A stretch of 64,000 nt of DNA from Candidatus Saccharimonadia bacterium (GCA_044449985.1 JBIOIQ010000001.1:280-64279); one strand, 5' to 3'. Positions 1 through 10,148 are shown, numbered from the stretch's first letter. Numbers and translations: made by a program. The notes: generated by a model from the sequence alone, not told the origin.

Positions 1-600
1 CGTCGTATACCCTTTGGCACTTAAAACACGTCCGAGCTCATGAAATATTTCAACGCATGTCTCGAGTTGTTTGGGAAAATCAGCCCCAGAAGGTACGATC
101 ATAAATTCTTGAATGTCGGTTGAACCGGCGGCATGGCGACCACCATTAATAATATTGCACATTGGTCTAGGGAGATTAAATTCGGAATTGCCGGCAAGTT
201 CTCCAATATATCGATAGAGGGGCAACTGCTTTGCCACAGCTACCGCTTTGGCAGCCGCTAGTGATACCCCGAGAATGGCATTTGCACCAAGACGCGCCTT
301 ATTGGGCGTACCATCAAGCTCTATTAAGGCGTTATCAAGCTCAAATTGCTTAGTTGCATCAAATCCCATTAACTTAGGAGCGATAATATCCTTAATCCCT
401 GCCAGCGCCTTGTTAACACCCTTGCCATCGTAAGCGGTCCCATCATCACGAAGCTCTAAGGCTTCTTGTTTACCAGTGGAGGCCCCTGAGGGGACTGAGG
501 CCCGTCCCATCGAACCGTCTGTTAGCATAAGCTCGACTTCAACGGTTGGATTACCGCGAGAATCCAGAATCATCCGCGATATGAGTTTTTTAATATCCAT
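1..600 (-). CDS. eno: Enolase, N-terminal part (runs off the window start)
   Basis: Minus strand from ATG at 600 reads [23 protein letters not shown]...VPSGASTG, the enolase N-terminal signature; absent from the ORF track because it is truncated. Confidence 0.95.
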   Translation of the reverse strand, partial: MDIKKLISRMILDSRGNPTVEVELMLTDGSMGRASVPSGASTGKQEALELRDDGTAYDGKGVNKALAGIKDIIAPKLMGFDATKQFELDNALIELDGTPNKARLGANAILGVSLAAAKAVAVAKQLPLYRYIGELAGNSEFNLPRPMCNIINGGRHAAGSTDIQEFMIVPSGADFPKQLETCVEIFHELGRVLSAKGYTT

Positions 601-638
601 ATGGTTGTTTCATCCTCAATTAATGCCATAATACATAC

Positions 639-1643
639 ATGGAAAAACTATGCTTCTATGATGTATCACCGGTCGACCAAACACAACTACAGCAACATTT
701 AAATAACCTCCCAGCCACATTTAGCTCCGAGCACTTGTCGGTTGAAAATGCCGATCCAGAGGCGACGGTCTTATCCGTCTTTGTATCTTCAAAAGTGACC
801 GCCGAGATGATTACTAAGATGCCGAAACTTAAGCTCATTGCCTGCCGTTCAACGGGTGTCGATAATATTGATATCGCCGCGGCCAAATCTCGTCATATCG
901 CGATTGCCAGCGTACCGACCTACGGCGAACATACGGTTGCCGAATATACGTTTGCACTTCTACTGACTTTATCGCGTAAAATTATCGCGGCCGAGCTCGC
1001 ACTACGAGATGGCCAAACTGATCATTCGAACCTACAGGGTTTTGATTTATTCGGACGCACGTTCGGCCTACTCGGAGCCGGAAAGATTGGCCGCAATGTC
1101 GCCATACTAGCTCGAGCTTTTGGTATGAACGTGATAGCTTATGATCCTTTTCCCAATAATGATGCCGCTGCCCAAATCGGCTACACTTATTCAACACTCG
1201 ATGAAGTCTTAAAGTCTTCTGATGTCATCAGCATGCATGTACCATACTTGCCCGAAAATGATCACCTCATGAACGAGCAAAGGTTTGCGCTGATGAAGCC
1301 AACCGCAATTCTTCTTAATACTTCAAGGGGCGAAGTGGTCGACACCAAAGCCCTCATCTCAGCCCTGAAAGATCATCGACTGGGCGGAGCCGCACTCGAT
1401 GTCTTCGAAGGTGAGAAACTCGTAGGTATCGATGAAGAAATGTTTCAACTTCGAGCCCAGCAAGTCGATACTATGGCCCTGGAAGCCGACATTGAGCTCA
1501 GTATCCTGCAGAAACTACCGAATGTTCTAATGACCAATCATAACGCCTATAACACTGTCGAAGCGGTGGGTCGGATCAATCAAACATCGGTTGAGAATAT
1601 AACGAAGTTTTTGGCGTCGGAGCCTCAAAACTTAATTCCATGA
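639..1643 (+). CDS. D-2-hydroxyacid (D-lactate-type) dehydrogenase
   Basis: RSTGVDNID, GAGKIG Rossmann motif, NTSRGEVVD, LDVFEGE, HNAY. Confidence 0.88.
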   Translation: MEKLCFYDVSPVDQTQLQQHLNNLPATFSSEHLSVENADPEATVLSVFVSSKVTAEMITKMPKLKLIACRSTGVDNIDIAAAKSRHIAIASVPTYGEHTVAEYTFALLLTLSRKIIAAELALRDGQTDHSNLQGFDLFGRTFGLLGAGKIGRNVAILARAFGMNVIAYDPFPNNDAAAQIGYTYSTLDEVLKSSDVISMHVPYLPENDHLMNEQRFALMKPTAILLNTSRGEVVDTKALISALKDHRLGGAALDVFEGEKLVGIDEEMFQLRAQQVDTMALEADIELSILQKLPNVLMTNHNAYNTVEAVGRINQTSVENITKFLASEPQNLIP

Positions 1644-2281
1644 GCCAGTCCGGCCTACTGGTAATACTTAGACACGGCGAATCAGAGTGGAACGCAAGGG
1701 GAGTTTGGACTGGGCTAACAGATGTACACCTGACCGAAAATGGACGGGCAGAAGCCGTCCAAATGGGAGAAATGATCAAAGATCTCCACTTCGATCAGGC
1801 TTTTGCCAGCGAACAAATCCGGACGCATGAGACCCTCGACGGAGTGTTATCGGCCATCCACGAGACAACCCTAGCCAGAACTTATGCAAAAGCTTTTAAC
1901 GAACGTGATTACGGCATTTATACCGGAAAAAATAAGTGGGAGGTTGAACAAGCGATCGGTCACGACAAATTTATTGCGTTGCGCCGGGGTTGGAACTATC
2001 CGGTCGAGCATGGTGAAAGTTTAAGGGAGGTTTACGCTCGTACCATTCCTTATTATAAATCTCATGTGGTACCACTGCTCTTAAGCGGTAAAAACGTCCT
2101 GATAGTAGCGCATGGAAATTCAATCCGTTCGTTGCAAAAATATATTGAAAATATTGATAACGCTGCAATTGCTCAAGTTGAGATGATATTCGGATCCGCC
2201 CTTATCTATACGGTTGATAAGACTGGCAGACAAAAATCGAAAAACGTCCGTAAAATTGACGTTATCCCCCCGCCCGCCTAA
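1640..2281 (+). CDS. gpmA: 2,3-bisphosphoglycerate-dependent phosphoglycerate mutase
   Basis: RHGESEWN, NERDYG, AHGNSIR motifs; ATGA overlap with the upstream gene. Confidence 0.92.
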   Translation: MSQSGLLVILRHGESEWNARGVWTGLTDVHLTENGRAEAVQMGEMIKDLHFDQAFASEQIRTHETLDGVLSAIHETTLARTYAKAFNERDYGIYTGKNKWEVEQAIGHDKFIALRRGWNYPVEHGESLREVYARTIPYYKSHVVPLLLSGKNVLIVAHGNSIRSLQKYIENIDNAAIAQVEMIFGSALIYTVDKTGRQKSKNVRKIDVIPPPA

Positions 2282-2283
2282 AT

Positions 2284-3282
2284 TTAGCGTGAGAGTGGTA
2301 GTTCAAGCGTAAAGCTCGAACCATGACCAATTGCCGAAGAAACCCGAATAATTCCACCATGATTTTCGGCAATCTTTTTAGCAATTGAGAGGCCCAGCCC
2401 ATAGCCATCGGCCTTATTTTTTGAACGTGAAGTATCTGAGCGATAGAAGCGATCGAAGATATGTTCAATATCAGTTTCAGCAATGCCTTTTCCTTGATCG
2501 CTCACGCGTAATTTTGCATGGTTATTTGAGCTTGAGACGCTCAGAGATATCGGGCTTTTTTCTTCGGAATACTTGCTGGCATTATCGAGCAGAATTACTG
2601 CGAGCTCAACTAAGCTGGCATAGTCCCCTCGCACCGAAACTTCTGAAAGTGTCGATTCAATTTCTTGATGGCGAGCAGAAACGACTTTTTTGAGCCGACT
2701 AACCGCCTCTGCGGCGACTCTATCTAGTGAAACATCACTATCATAGGAAACTTCTTTATCTTGACTGGCCAGTTTTAATAATCCGTTTGCCAGAGCCTCA
2801 AGTTTTGAGATTTCTTCGAGATTACTGACGAGTAAATCCCTGGCCTCGGCAATCGGTAATTTTGAAGACCGGAGTGCTACTTCGATTTCGGTTTTCATAG
2901 CTGTGAGTGGAGTTCTTAACTCATGGGAAGCATCAGCCGTAAACCTGCTCTGCGCATCGAGGGCTTCTTCGAGCGGCTCCAGGGTTTTATCGGCCATTAA
3001 ATAACTGCCGTAGCCAGCAATAACTAAAATGGCTAGATTTACGAGCAACAAATCAAATTGCAACTCATGGCGAGCCGCCGCAGCTTGAGAATCCGGCGAA
3101 AGATTAAAATTGGGATCAAAATCATAGCGCGGTAAATTTTCAAAATAGGTAGCCTGCCGACGCAAGCTCCCTGAGATAGAGCGAGAAGATAAGCTATAGA
3201 TGGCTAAGCTAAATAACAAACTAATCGCCATAATTACGGCGAGATAGAAAAATGTTAAGCGAATTCTTGCTGAATGAAACAT
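2284..3282 (-). CDS. Two-component sensor histidine kinase (2 TM, HisKA, HATPase)
   Basis: DASHELRTPLT H-box, LLDNASKY N-box, DQGKGI, GYGLGLSI. Confidence 0.92.
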   Translation of the reverse strand: MFHSARIRLTFFYLAVIMAISLLFSLAIYSLSSRSISGSLRRQATYFENLPRYDFDPNFNLSPDSQAAAARHELQFDLLLVNLAILVIAGYGSYLMADKTLEPLEEALDAQSRFTADASHELRTPLTAMKTEIEVALRSSKLPIAEARDLLVSNLEEISKLEALANGLLKLASQDKEVSYDSDVSLDRVAAEAVSRLKKVVSARHQEIESTLSEVSVRGDYASLVELAVILLDNASKYSEEKSPISLSVSSSNNHAKLRVSDQGKGIAETDIEHIFDRFYRSDTSRSKNKADGYGLGLSIAKKIAENHGGIIRVSSAIGHGSSFTLELPLSR

Positions 3283-3287
3283 GGCTT

Positions 3288-3965
3288 TTAAGCTACACCG
3301 AGTTTGTAACCAAATCCCCGCATGGTATGAATTAAATTCGGCCCCTTGAATGGTTTATCAATCTTATTGCGCAGATATCCAATATATACTTCAACAGTAT
3401 TAGGAAGTATGTCAGCGTCATAATCCCAAACATGACCAATGATATTGTTTTTGGTGAGCGTTTGGTTCTGGTTTCTGAGCATGTACTCGAGTAGTGCATA
3501 TTCTTTATGAGAAAGCGCAATGTTCTGACCCGCCCGTTTGACATCAAAATTTAGTGTATCAAGTGTTAAATCATCACAAGTTAGTGTGCTTCCGGTAGTG
3601 TCTTGAGGCCGACGCAGCAGCGCGCGCGTGCGAGCAAGTAATTCCTCAAACGCAAAAGGCTTCACCAAATAGTCATCAGCACCAGCGTTTAAACCTTCAA
3701 CTCGGTCTTTAATCTGATCTTTTGCAGTCAGCATCAGGACCGGAGTATGGATCTGATTTGCTCGCATTTCTTTGACGATATCAATGCCCTCAATCATTCC
3801 GGGCAGCATTCGATCAAGTATGACGGCGTCATAGCTTTCGGTAGTTGCCATACTGACGCCTTCTTCGGCATCAAAACAAACATCAACTGCGAAAGACTCC
3901 TGCTCAAGTCCGCGTTTGATGGCGCTGGCAATTTTGTGTTCATCTTCAACTACAAGTACTCTCAT
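3288..3965 (-). CDS. OmpR/PhoB-family response regulator (start revised to ATG 3965)
   Basis: MRVLVVEDE...GADDYLVKPF...TMRGFGY; TACAAT -10 box 6 nt before ATG 3965. Confidence 0.92.
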   Translation of the reverse strand: MRVLVVEDEHKIASAIKRGLEQESFAVDVCFDAEEGVSMATTESYDAVILDRMLPGMIEGIDIVKEMRANQIHTPVLMLTAKDQIKDRVEGLNAGADDYLVKPFAFEELLARTRALLRRPQDTTGSTLTCDDLTLDTLNFDVKRAGQNIALSHKEYALLEYMLRNQNQTLTKNNIIGHVWDYDADILPNTVEVYIGYLRNKIDKPFKGPNLIHTMRGFGYKLGVA

Positions 3966-4040
3966 ATGCTTATTGTAGCGCAACTTGCTTAATATTAGCT
4001 GAAAAGATAATGATACTAGAACGCATTCTTTCGGAGGGCT

Positions 4041-4220
4041 TTAGTGTCCTAGTGCTGTGACAAATACGTATAAACCGGCCAGAATCGCAAACAGCCAGAC
4101 CCCCCAACGATAATCTTTATCTGGATTATGGCGCAATTTATGGATTATGCGCTCAATGACAGAAAGCACCCCAAGTACGATTAGAAAGACTACCAGCGCA
4201 GAAATTATGGCTGACCTCAA
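4041..4220 (-). CDS. 59-aa two-TM small membrane protein (below the ORF-track cutoff)
   Basis: TTG start overlaps the TGA of the upstream receiver gene (TTGA); reads MRSAIISALVVFLIVLGVLSVIERIIHKLRHNPDKDYRWGVWLFAILAGLYVFVTALGH. Confidence 0.65.
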   Translation of the reverse strand: MRSAIISALVVFLIVLGVLSVIERIIHKLRHNPDKDYRWGVWLFAILAGLYVFVTALGH

Positions 4221-4672
4221 GGGGTTTTCCCCTTATCGCCTCCGAGTCCTAGTTTTTCATTGATCTTTTCTTCAACGTCGTGTGGTGTCAGCTCAGCTTT
4301 GACCAAATACTCGGCCCCATAGCCCTCTGCCTGCTTTCTCAGTTCTGCATCAGAAGAGTTTGTCAGTACAATCACCGGTGAAGTTGAAAAATCATAACCG
4401 TCATTCGATAACGTTGCGAGTACTTCAAGTCCGGTAAGTTCTGGCATAGAGATATCGAGCATCATGAGATCCGGATGGACTTCTTTGATTGCCTGGTAGG
4501 CGTCTCGGCCATTGGTTTTAATGATGATATTAAAACCGGAGTTGGTCAGCTTAGTCTGATACATACGGGATATAAACGGATCATCTTCAGCCAGCAAGAT
4601 GGTTTTTCCATTGGACGGAAGTTGCGTCTCGATCGGAGTTTGTTCGTCTGGATTTGTAATACGCGTCATCAC
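4217..4672 (-). CDS. Single-domain receiver (CheY-like) response regulator
   Basis: ILLAEDD, LDISMPELTG, VLTN, YLVK; no output domain. Confidence 0.88.
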   Translation of the reverse strand: MMTRITNPDEQTPIETQLPSNGKTILLAEDDPFISRMYQTKLTNSGFNIIIKTNGRDAYQAIKEVHPDLMMLDISMPELTGLEVLATLSNDGYDFSTSPVIVLTNSSDAELRKQAEGYGAEYLVKAELTPHDVEEKINEKLGLGGDKGKTP

Positions 4673-4678
4673 CTTCTC

Positions 4679-6784
4679 CTATTTTAACGGCATTGAGAAA
4701 CCGAACATGCTTCCTTGTCCTTCGGCTGATTCAAATAATATTGTACCACCCTGATCTTCAATTACCCTTTTTGCTAGGTATAATCCGAGTCCGGTACCGT
4801 CTGGACGGGCAATCTGGGCATTCTCAGCTCGAAAGAATTTCGTAAACAATTTCTTTTTGGCAGCTTCGGGTACGCCGATTCCGGTATCACGAACTCGAAG
4901 TTCAATGGCAGTCGGGGTTGCTTCTAGGGTAACATAGACTCCGCCGGATTTGGTGTAATAGATTCCGTTATCGATAAAATTCATAATTACTTGTCTGGTT
5001 TTGCCTTCGTCAAGATTAATAGTCGGGAATTTACCGGTCGGAGGATTAAATTTAAGTTCGAGTGATTTTGCGCTTGCATGAGAAGCAAGTTGTCTGACTT
5101 CATCAGCTGTAACTGCGACCAGATTAGTCGGCACTTTCTCAATGACAAATCGCCCGGCTGAAAGTCTAGACACATTTAACAGATCCGAGATAAGCGAAAC
5201 CATTCGTTCGGCACCGTCAAAGGCATAATCCAGAAATTCTTTTTGTTCGGTATTTATTTCACCCGAATCACCCTCAAGGATCATCGATAAATATCCTTTA
5301 ATAGTAGTAAGAGGGGTACGAAGCTGATGCGAGGCCATGGAAAGAAACTCGTCTTTGGCTTTATCAAGGGCTTTTAAGTTATGATTGGCAACTCGAAGCC
5401 GGGCAGTAGCTTCATCGACTTTATTTTGGAGCGTGACGTTAAACTGCGCGATTTGGCTATAAGCTTTGGCATTGCTAATTGCAATCGATAATTCACGACC
5501 TAAAATTTCGAGCAGTCGCAGGTCTTGATCAGAATATATTTCTCCACTCAATTTATCACCCAAGAATAAGTAGCCGACAAATTCATCCCGAGTCCGCAGC
5601 ATTAAACTTACTCTAATATCATTGTCGTCGAGTATTTGTTTACGATCACCACTTTCGAGCTCATCCGATACCAGCATTGTCTGACGAAGTTTTCGCAAGT
5701 TCTGATCGGTAATTTCCTGCTTTGGAGAATTTCCGATATGAGACGTCTGATATATTCTACCTCCATCAAAAATGATGAAACGTCCACTCCCGATATGAAG
5801 ATTAGTAGTAATTTCGCGTAGCGCATCACGTAGCAAGCTATCGAGGCGAATTTGTTCGGCGAGAGTTTTCCCAATTGCCGCCAAAACTTCCTGCGAATCA
5901 TACCGATCGCGATAGAATATTGTATCGGTAATTTTCTCAAAGAACCTCCTTAAAGGCTGGAAGATAAAAGCCAGGATAATCGCAAGAATAATATTAAAGA
6001 ATTGACTAGAGGACGAGAGTGTTTGCTGATGAAAGATGAGATTCGAGACAGCATATGAGGCAATTCCGAACGAAAGAGCTAAAGTCACCAGTAGGAGAAG
6101 ATACGCCACCGATCTTGCAACAACCAAGCGAATATTTAAAAGTCGATGTTTCACAATCGCAATGGTGCAGAAAACTGTGAAGATAACGACGGTAATCGGT
6201 CCAAAGGCCGAGAGAGCCGTATTAACATAAATAACGTCAAAAAATAGCGCTGGAATAAAAGAACAAATCATCCCGGCAAAAATATAAATGAGCTGTTGGC
6301 GCTGGAGAACATCCGAATCACGATAAGACCGCCATAAGAAATATGACCCTAGAATAAAGTACGCTAGTAGGTAGCCGGATAGGGCGATATAGGCGGGTCC
6401 GGTAGTAAGTCCGCTGCCTCCGGGACCAACTGAAACAATATTCAAATTTGTTTGCGATAAGGCGATTAACCCCAACCAAGGAATGCCCAACCAAAAATAT
6501 CTGAAGAAACTGATCTTTTGATTTCCAGGAAATGCCAAACTAAACAAAACGAAGGCATAGGCAATACCGGATCCAGGGATCATGGTAAAGCGGCTCCAAA
6601 ACAGCGCCGCGTCGGCCGTCTTCGATATATTTACCAGCATATTGGCCACTAACCAAACAAGGCCATTTAAGGTCAAGAATGCGAACAATCGATTTGGTGA
6701 GAGACCGCGGTTGCTAATAAAGACTGTTAGCCCCAAGAAGAATAACAATACTCCACAAGCACCAAGCACATAGGTTGAAAGCAT
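4679..6784 (-). CDS. Multi-TM (HisKA_7TM-like)-GAF-HisKA-HATPase sensor kinase
   Basis: ~280-aa hydrophobic N-terminus, GAF-like LGDKLSGEIYSDQDLRLLEIL, ASHQLRTPL, GTGLGLYL. Confidence 0.9.
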   Translation of the reverse strand: MLSTYVLGACGVLLFFLGLTVFISNRGLSPNRLFAFLTLNGLVWLVANMLVNISKTADAALFWSRFTMIPGSGIAYAFVLFSLAFPGNQKISFFRYFWLGIPWLGLIALSQTNLNIVSVGPGGSGLTTGPAYIALSGYLLAYFILGSYFLWRSYRDSDVLQRQQLIYIFAGMICSFIPALFFDVIYVNTALSAFGPITVVIFTVFCTIAIVKHRLLNIRLVVARSVAYLLLLVTLALSFGIASYAVSNLIFHQQTLSSSSQFFNIILAIILAFIFQPLRRFFEKITDTIFYRDRYDSQEVLAAIGKTLAEQIRLDSLLRDALREITTNLHIGSGRFIIFDGGRIYQTSHIGNSPKQEITDQNLRKLRQTMLVSDELESGDRKQILDDNDIRVSLMLRTRDEFVGYLFLGDKLSGEIYSDQDLRLLEILGRELSIAISNAKAYSQIAQFNVTLQNKVDEATARLRVANHNLKALDKAKDEFLSMASHQLRTPLTTIKGYLSMILEGDSGEINTEQKEFLDYAFDGAERMVSLISDLLNVSRLSAGRFVIEKVPTNLVAVTADEVRQLASHASAKSLELKFNPPTGKFPTINLDEGKTRQVIMNFIDNGIYYTKSGGVYVTLEATPTAIELRVRDTGIGVPEAAKKKLFTKFFRAENAQIARPDGTGLGLYLAKRVIEDQGGTILFESAEGQGSMFGFSMPLK

Positions 6785-6823
6785 AACTATAATGATTGTA
6801 GCTTATACGTTATAAAAAGACAC

Positions 6824-6852
6824 TGCCCTGGCCCCTATTCGGGGCCAGGGCA
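6824..6852 (-). terminator. Intrinsic terminator after the GNAT/acyl-synthase gene
   Basis: Perfect 12-bp stem TGCCCTGGCCCC-TATTC-GGGGCCAGGGCA; U-rich run follows on the minus strand. Confidence 0.75.
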
Positions 6853-6868
6853 ATTTGGGGACCAGCAA

Positions 6869-7501
6869 TCAGCCAGTCGGTTGGGGGTAGCCGGGATCAT
6901 TAATCGGATGGCGAACGAACCACTGCAGATAGTCCAGTCGACCTGATTCGATCAGATATCTTTCCTGATCGACAAAGTCGAGGACGTAGGGAGCGACCAG
7001 AGAATTGACTTCTCCCTCGTAGAGCTGGGGAGGACCAACAATCTTGTAGCGATAGTGGTAAAAGGCGTTCATCGCCTCAACTCGGTCAGGCTCCATGATG
7101 ATGCCGAAATACTTCCGCCCACGGAGTTTGGCATCGCGGTAAGCAACGCGCACCAGATCAACGAAAATTCCCAGTCCGCGTCCAGACTCTTCGACAGCCA
7201 CCGTGGCAAACTCATCAAGCAGGCCACCTCGAGCGAGCATCGCCCACTTTTCCCGGTCGTAAATTACGACACCTTCTCCCAAGAACGGTGGAAGGTGAAG
7301 TCCGCTGGAGATGATTCTGGTCATGCCCTCGCACGTGCCATCTGGCCCGAATGCGCCGAAAAAATGGGAATCGGGTATCTGCTCAGCGTACTTCTCGGCA
7401 ACGTCGAGAAATTCATTCTTCCGAAACTCGATCGCTTCTCGAGCGAGCGCCAGTTGGATTTCCCCCGGTTCAGTTAACTTTCTTATTGCGCAAGCGTGCA
7501 T
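6869..7501 (-). CDS. GNAT-fold acyltransferase, FeeM/N-acyl amino acid synthase- or LuxI-like
   Basis: SHFFGAF..GTCEGMTRII, EFATVAVEESGRG, LVRVAYRDA..RGRKYFGIIMEP; AAGGAG RBS 5 nt before ATG 7501. Confidence 0.6.
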   Translation of the reverse strand: MHACAIRKLTEPGEIQLALAREAIEFRKNEFLDVAEKYAEQIPDSHFFGAFGPDGTCEGMTRIISSGLHLPPFLGEGVVIYDREKWAMLARGGLLDEFATVAVEESGRGLGIFVDLVRVAYRDAKLRGRKYFGIIMEPDRVEAMNAFYHYRYKIVGPPQLYEGEVNSLVAPYVLDFVDQERYLIESGRLDYLQWFVRHPINDPGYPQPTG

Positions 7502-8195
7502 GCACACTCCTTTTTGATTTGAAGTGGAGAGGTTTTAGGCCATTGCCATAGACTCTTTGATCACGCGCTAGGTTCCGGCGCTTAAGTCCGACGACAAAGC
7601 CGACTAGCACTAGCACCGCTGCCACCCAAAGGATGACAGCTCGCCATGCTGGGGTAAAGATACCCAGGTAGATCGCGTTCCAGGAAGCGGCGAACACAAA
7701 CGCCGAGATCCAGGCCAGGACTTTGACTCTGGGATCATGCTTACGCGCGTAATACCAAGCGACTCCAAGAGATCCGCCGATAATACTGGCCGCAATAAAC
7801 ACTGGCCAGTTTTCGCCGGAGAGAATCTTTATCCCGGCCCGGGTTCGAAAATCTCGATCTTCTGGGATATCGGCTCCGCTTTCAAAGCGTCGGATAACCG
7901 GCCAAGCAGCTAACAAATAGCCGCCAACACCCAGCAGCAAGAGCGCAATTGGCCACTGCAAATTTACCAGCCAATGCGTTCCGTGCCGTGTTGCGAGATG
8001 GTGTAGAAGTTCATCTGAGCCTTTGACCACCCCGATGGTGAGCGCTTCCAAAAAAGCCGCATATATCACGGTCAGAGTAAAGATTTCGACGTCAGCCTTG
8101 GAGGCTTGTCGTTTCAGAACGAAATAGATGAGGACGAGTCCACCCCAGGCCGCAACCCAGAGCGTGCTCATCAGTCGATAATCGAGATGATTCAC
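7470..8195 (-). CDS. Uncharacterised polytopic membrane protein (~6 TM)
   Basis: 241-aa ORF with several hydrophobic segments; overlaps the start of the GNAT gene; GGGAG RBS. Confidence 0.7.
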   Translation of the reverse strand: MNHLDYRLMSTLWVAAWGGLVLIYFVLKRQASKADVEIFTLTVIYAAFLEALTIGVVKGSDELLHHLATRHGTHWLVNLQWPIALLLLGVGGYLLAAWPVIRRFESGADIPEDRDFRTRAGIKILSGENWPVFIAASIIGGSLGVAWYYARKHDPRVKVLAWISAFVFAASWNAIYLGIFTPAWRAVILWVAAVLVLVGFVVGLKRRNLARDQRVYGNGLKPLHFKSKRSVHARLRNKKVN

Positions 8196-8251
8196 GGTTA
8201 ACTCCCTGAGTCGGAAACACTATGTGAAGGAACTCCAAAAAGACGTATTAA

Positions 8252-8280
8252 ATTAAACTACTTTTCGTACTAATTGTCAA
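8252..8280 (-). promoter_or_regulatory. Sigma70-type promoter
   Basis: Minus strand TTGACA-17 nt-TTTAAT. Confidence 0.6.
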
Positions 8281-8302
8281 TAATTTACTCCGACAAAAAA
8301 TA

Positions 8303-8329
8303 AGCGGGGAGCCAAAATGGCTCCCCGCT
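8303..8329 (-). terminator. Intrinsic terminator after the ABC ATPase
   Basis: AGCGGGGAGCC-AAAAT-GGCTCCCCGCT followed by TATTTTTT on the minus strand. Confidence 0.8.
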
Positions 8330-8337
8330 GGTACGCG

Positions 8338-9048
8338 TTAGACGTAGGAAATTTGCGGGCTACCTGAAACAGTTGGCTCGATGATCCCGTCCTTGATGCG
8401 AACGATAACCTGGGCATATTGCCTGGCCAACGTTTCGTCGTGAGTAACAAGTAGCATCGAGCAGTCCGGTGGCCGGGCTTTGCTCAACTGATGCATGATC
8501 AGATTGGCAGTCGCACTATCAAGAGCCGAGGTCGGCTCGTCTGCAAAGATCAGCTTTGGGTGCTTCGCTAGCGCCCGGGCAATTGCTACCCGCTGTTTTT
8601 CTCCACCTGAAAGTTCGTTTGGGACTCGGTGCCAAAGGTCCGGTCCAATTCCCAAGCTGGCTAGTTGCGCACAGGCCTGGGCTTTGGTAAAACTTCGTAA
8701 ACCCAAACGGCGCATAGTGACGTAAACGTTTTCCCAAACGTTTAAGGAAGGGTCGAGGATCGGGAACTGCGTGACTACCCCGAACAATTTTCTTCGATAC
8801 ATCCGTCTGATCTTCAGATCTTGGCGAGGGATAAATTTACCCTCGACCGTAATCGTTCCACCATGGGGCCGATCGAGCAATGCAGCGATGGCAAGCAGGG
8901 TAGATTTCCCTGAACCTGAGGGTCCGAGTAGCGCTACTGTTGTGCCACTAGGGATATCCAGGGATACCCCGGAAAGCACTTCGTTTTCGTTTCTTTGGCC
9001 CGGGTTGTAGCGGTAGACAATGTTGGCAAGTGAAACCAGTACGGACAC
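8338..9048 (-). CDS. ABC transporter ATP-binding protein (LolD/MacB type)
   Basis: GPSGSGKS, LSGGEKQRVAIARAL, ADEPT, VTHD. Confidence 0.92.
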   Translation of the reverse strand: MSVLVSLANIVYRYNPGQRNENEVLSGVSLDIPSGTTVALLGPSGSGKSTLLAIAALLDRPHGGTITVEGKFIPRQDLKIRRMYRRKLFGVVTQFPILDPSLNVWENVYVTMRRLGLRSFTKAQACAQLASLGIGPDLWHRVPNELSGGEKQRVAIARALAKHPKLIFADEPTSALDSATANLIMHQLSKARPPDCSMLLVTHDETLARQYAQVIVRIKDGIIEPTVSGSPQISYV

Positions 9049-9050
9049 GA

Positions 9051-10148
9051 CTAGGCCTCTCTCAAAATGGTTGCCGGATCGGTGCGGTACATCGAAACCG
9101 CACTTGGAATCAGTGCGAGCGTTGCCATTAATGCAACAAGCGGGATCGCCTGGTAAAAGATCCGCGCGGTCAGTTCCGCGTCCAGCCCGGGAGTTAAATG
9201 GTTGATACTACCTATCCAGGCGTAGCTGCCGAGTATTGCCAGCAAAAAACCAACCCCACAGAGCACTAAAGTGCGGGCGTATTCTTCGCAAATCAAACGC
9301 CACGGCGAGACACCTAAAGCGCTTTGCATAGCTAAAGTCCGACGCTGCATCCAAGCAGCGAACAGAAGTACTACAAACAGGACCAGACCACCGAGCAGGG
9401 CCGAACTTATGACGGTCTGGTTTTGAACCGGTCCGATTTGTTTGTACCAGTAGTTGTGGTTCTGGGCAACGAACTGCTTGGTTGTCCAAGCTGAAACTCC
9501 GAACCCACTAACAAGACTGCTCACCAGTTCGGGATTTGCGGTTTTGATCAGGGCGTGAGTAAAAATGCCCCCCTGGCCCAGGTACTTGAGCGCATCCGCC
9601 GTTGTCATGAAGACCAACTGCTTACCGATGGATGAGGTTCCGTTTGAAAAACCTACCACTCGGAAACTGCCAGTGCCAAGGGAAATGACGCTTCCCAGAT
9701 GAAGTTTGAGTTCACTTGCGAGGCTCCTATCAACCACAACTTGACCGTTGTCGGAAATCGGATGGCTTTTGGAAGTAAGACTCCATGGGCCACCAAATCC
9801 TGAGCTTGGGTCATAGGACTGAATCGTAATGCTATCCGGTCCAAGACTACTAAAGCTAAGGATCGTTCCCTGAACTTTCTCCACATTGGGAAGGTTTGCA
9901 ATTTTTTGGACCTCGGCCGGCGTGACTGTCGAATACGAAACGTAATCTCGCACCCCTTTTAAGGTTACGAAAACGTCCGCACCAGAACGACGGATCCAGT
10001 TTTGAGGCTTGTTGATGGTCGAATCTCGGACCGCTGCAGCTTGCAGTATCAAAATGACTACTGCCTGCAAAACGATCAGTATCATCGCCGAACGAAAAGC
10101 TTCTCGCCAATAACGAGCGAGATAGCCACCAATTCTTGAGATGGGCAC
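9051..10148 (-). CDS. FtsX/MacB-type ABC permease (start likely GTG 10148)
   Basis: N-terminal TM, extracytoplasmic domain (GADVFV, VVDRSLA), 3 C-terminal TMs ending TDPATILRE; AAAGGAG RBS before GTG. Confidence 0.8.
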   Translation of the reverse strand: MPISRIGGYLARYWREAFRSAMILIVLQAVVILILQAAAVRDSTINKPQNWIRRSGADVFVTLKGVRDYVSYSTVTPAEVQKIANLPNVEKVQGTILSFSSLGPDSITIQSYDPSSGFGGPWSLTSKSHPISDNGQVVVDRSLASELKLHLGSVISLGTGSFRVVGFSNGTSSIGKQLVFMTTADALKYLGQGGIFTHALIKTANPELVSSLVSGFGVSAWTTKQFVAQNHNYWYKQIGPVQNQTVISSALLGGLVLFVVLLFAAWMQRRTLAMQSALGVSPWRLICEEYARTLVLCGVGFLLAILGSYAWIGSINHLTPGLDAELTARIFYQAIPLVALMATLALIPSAVSMYRTDPATILREA

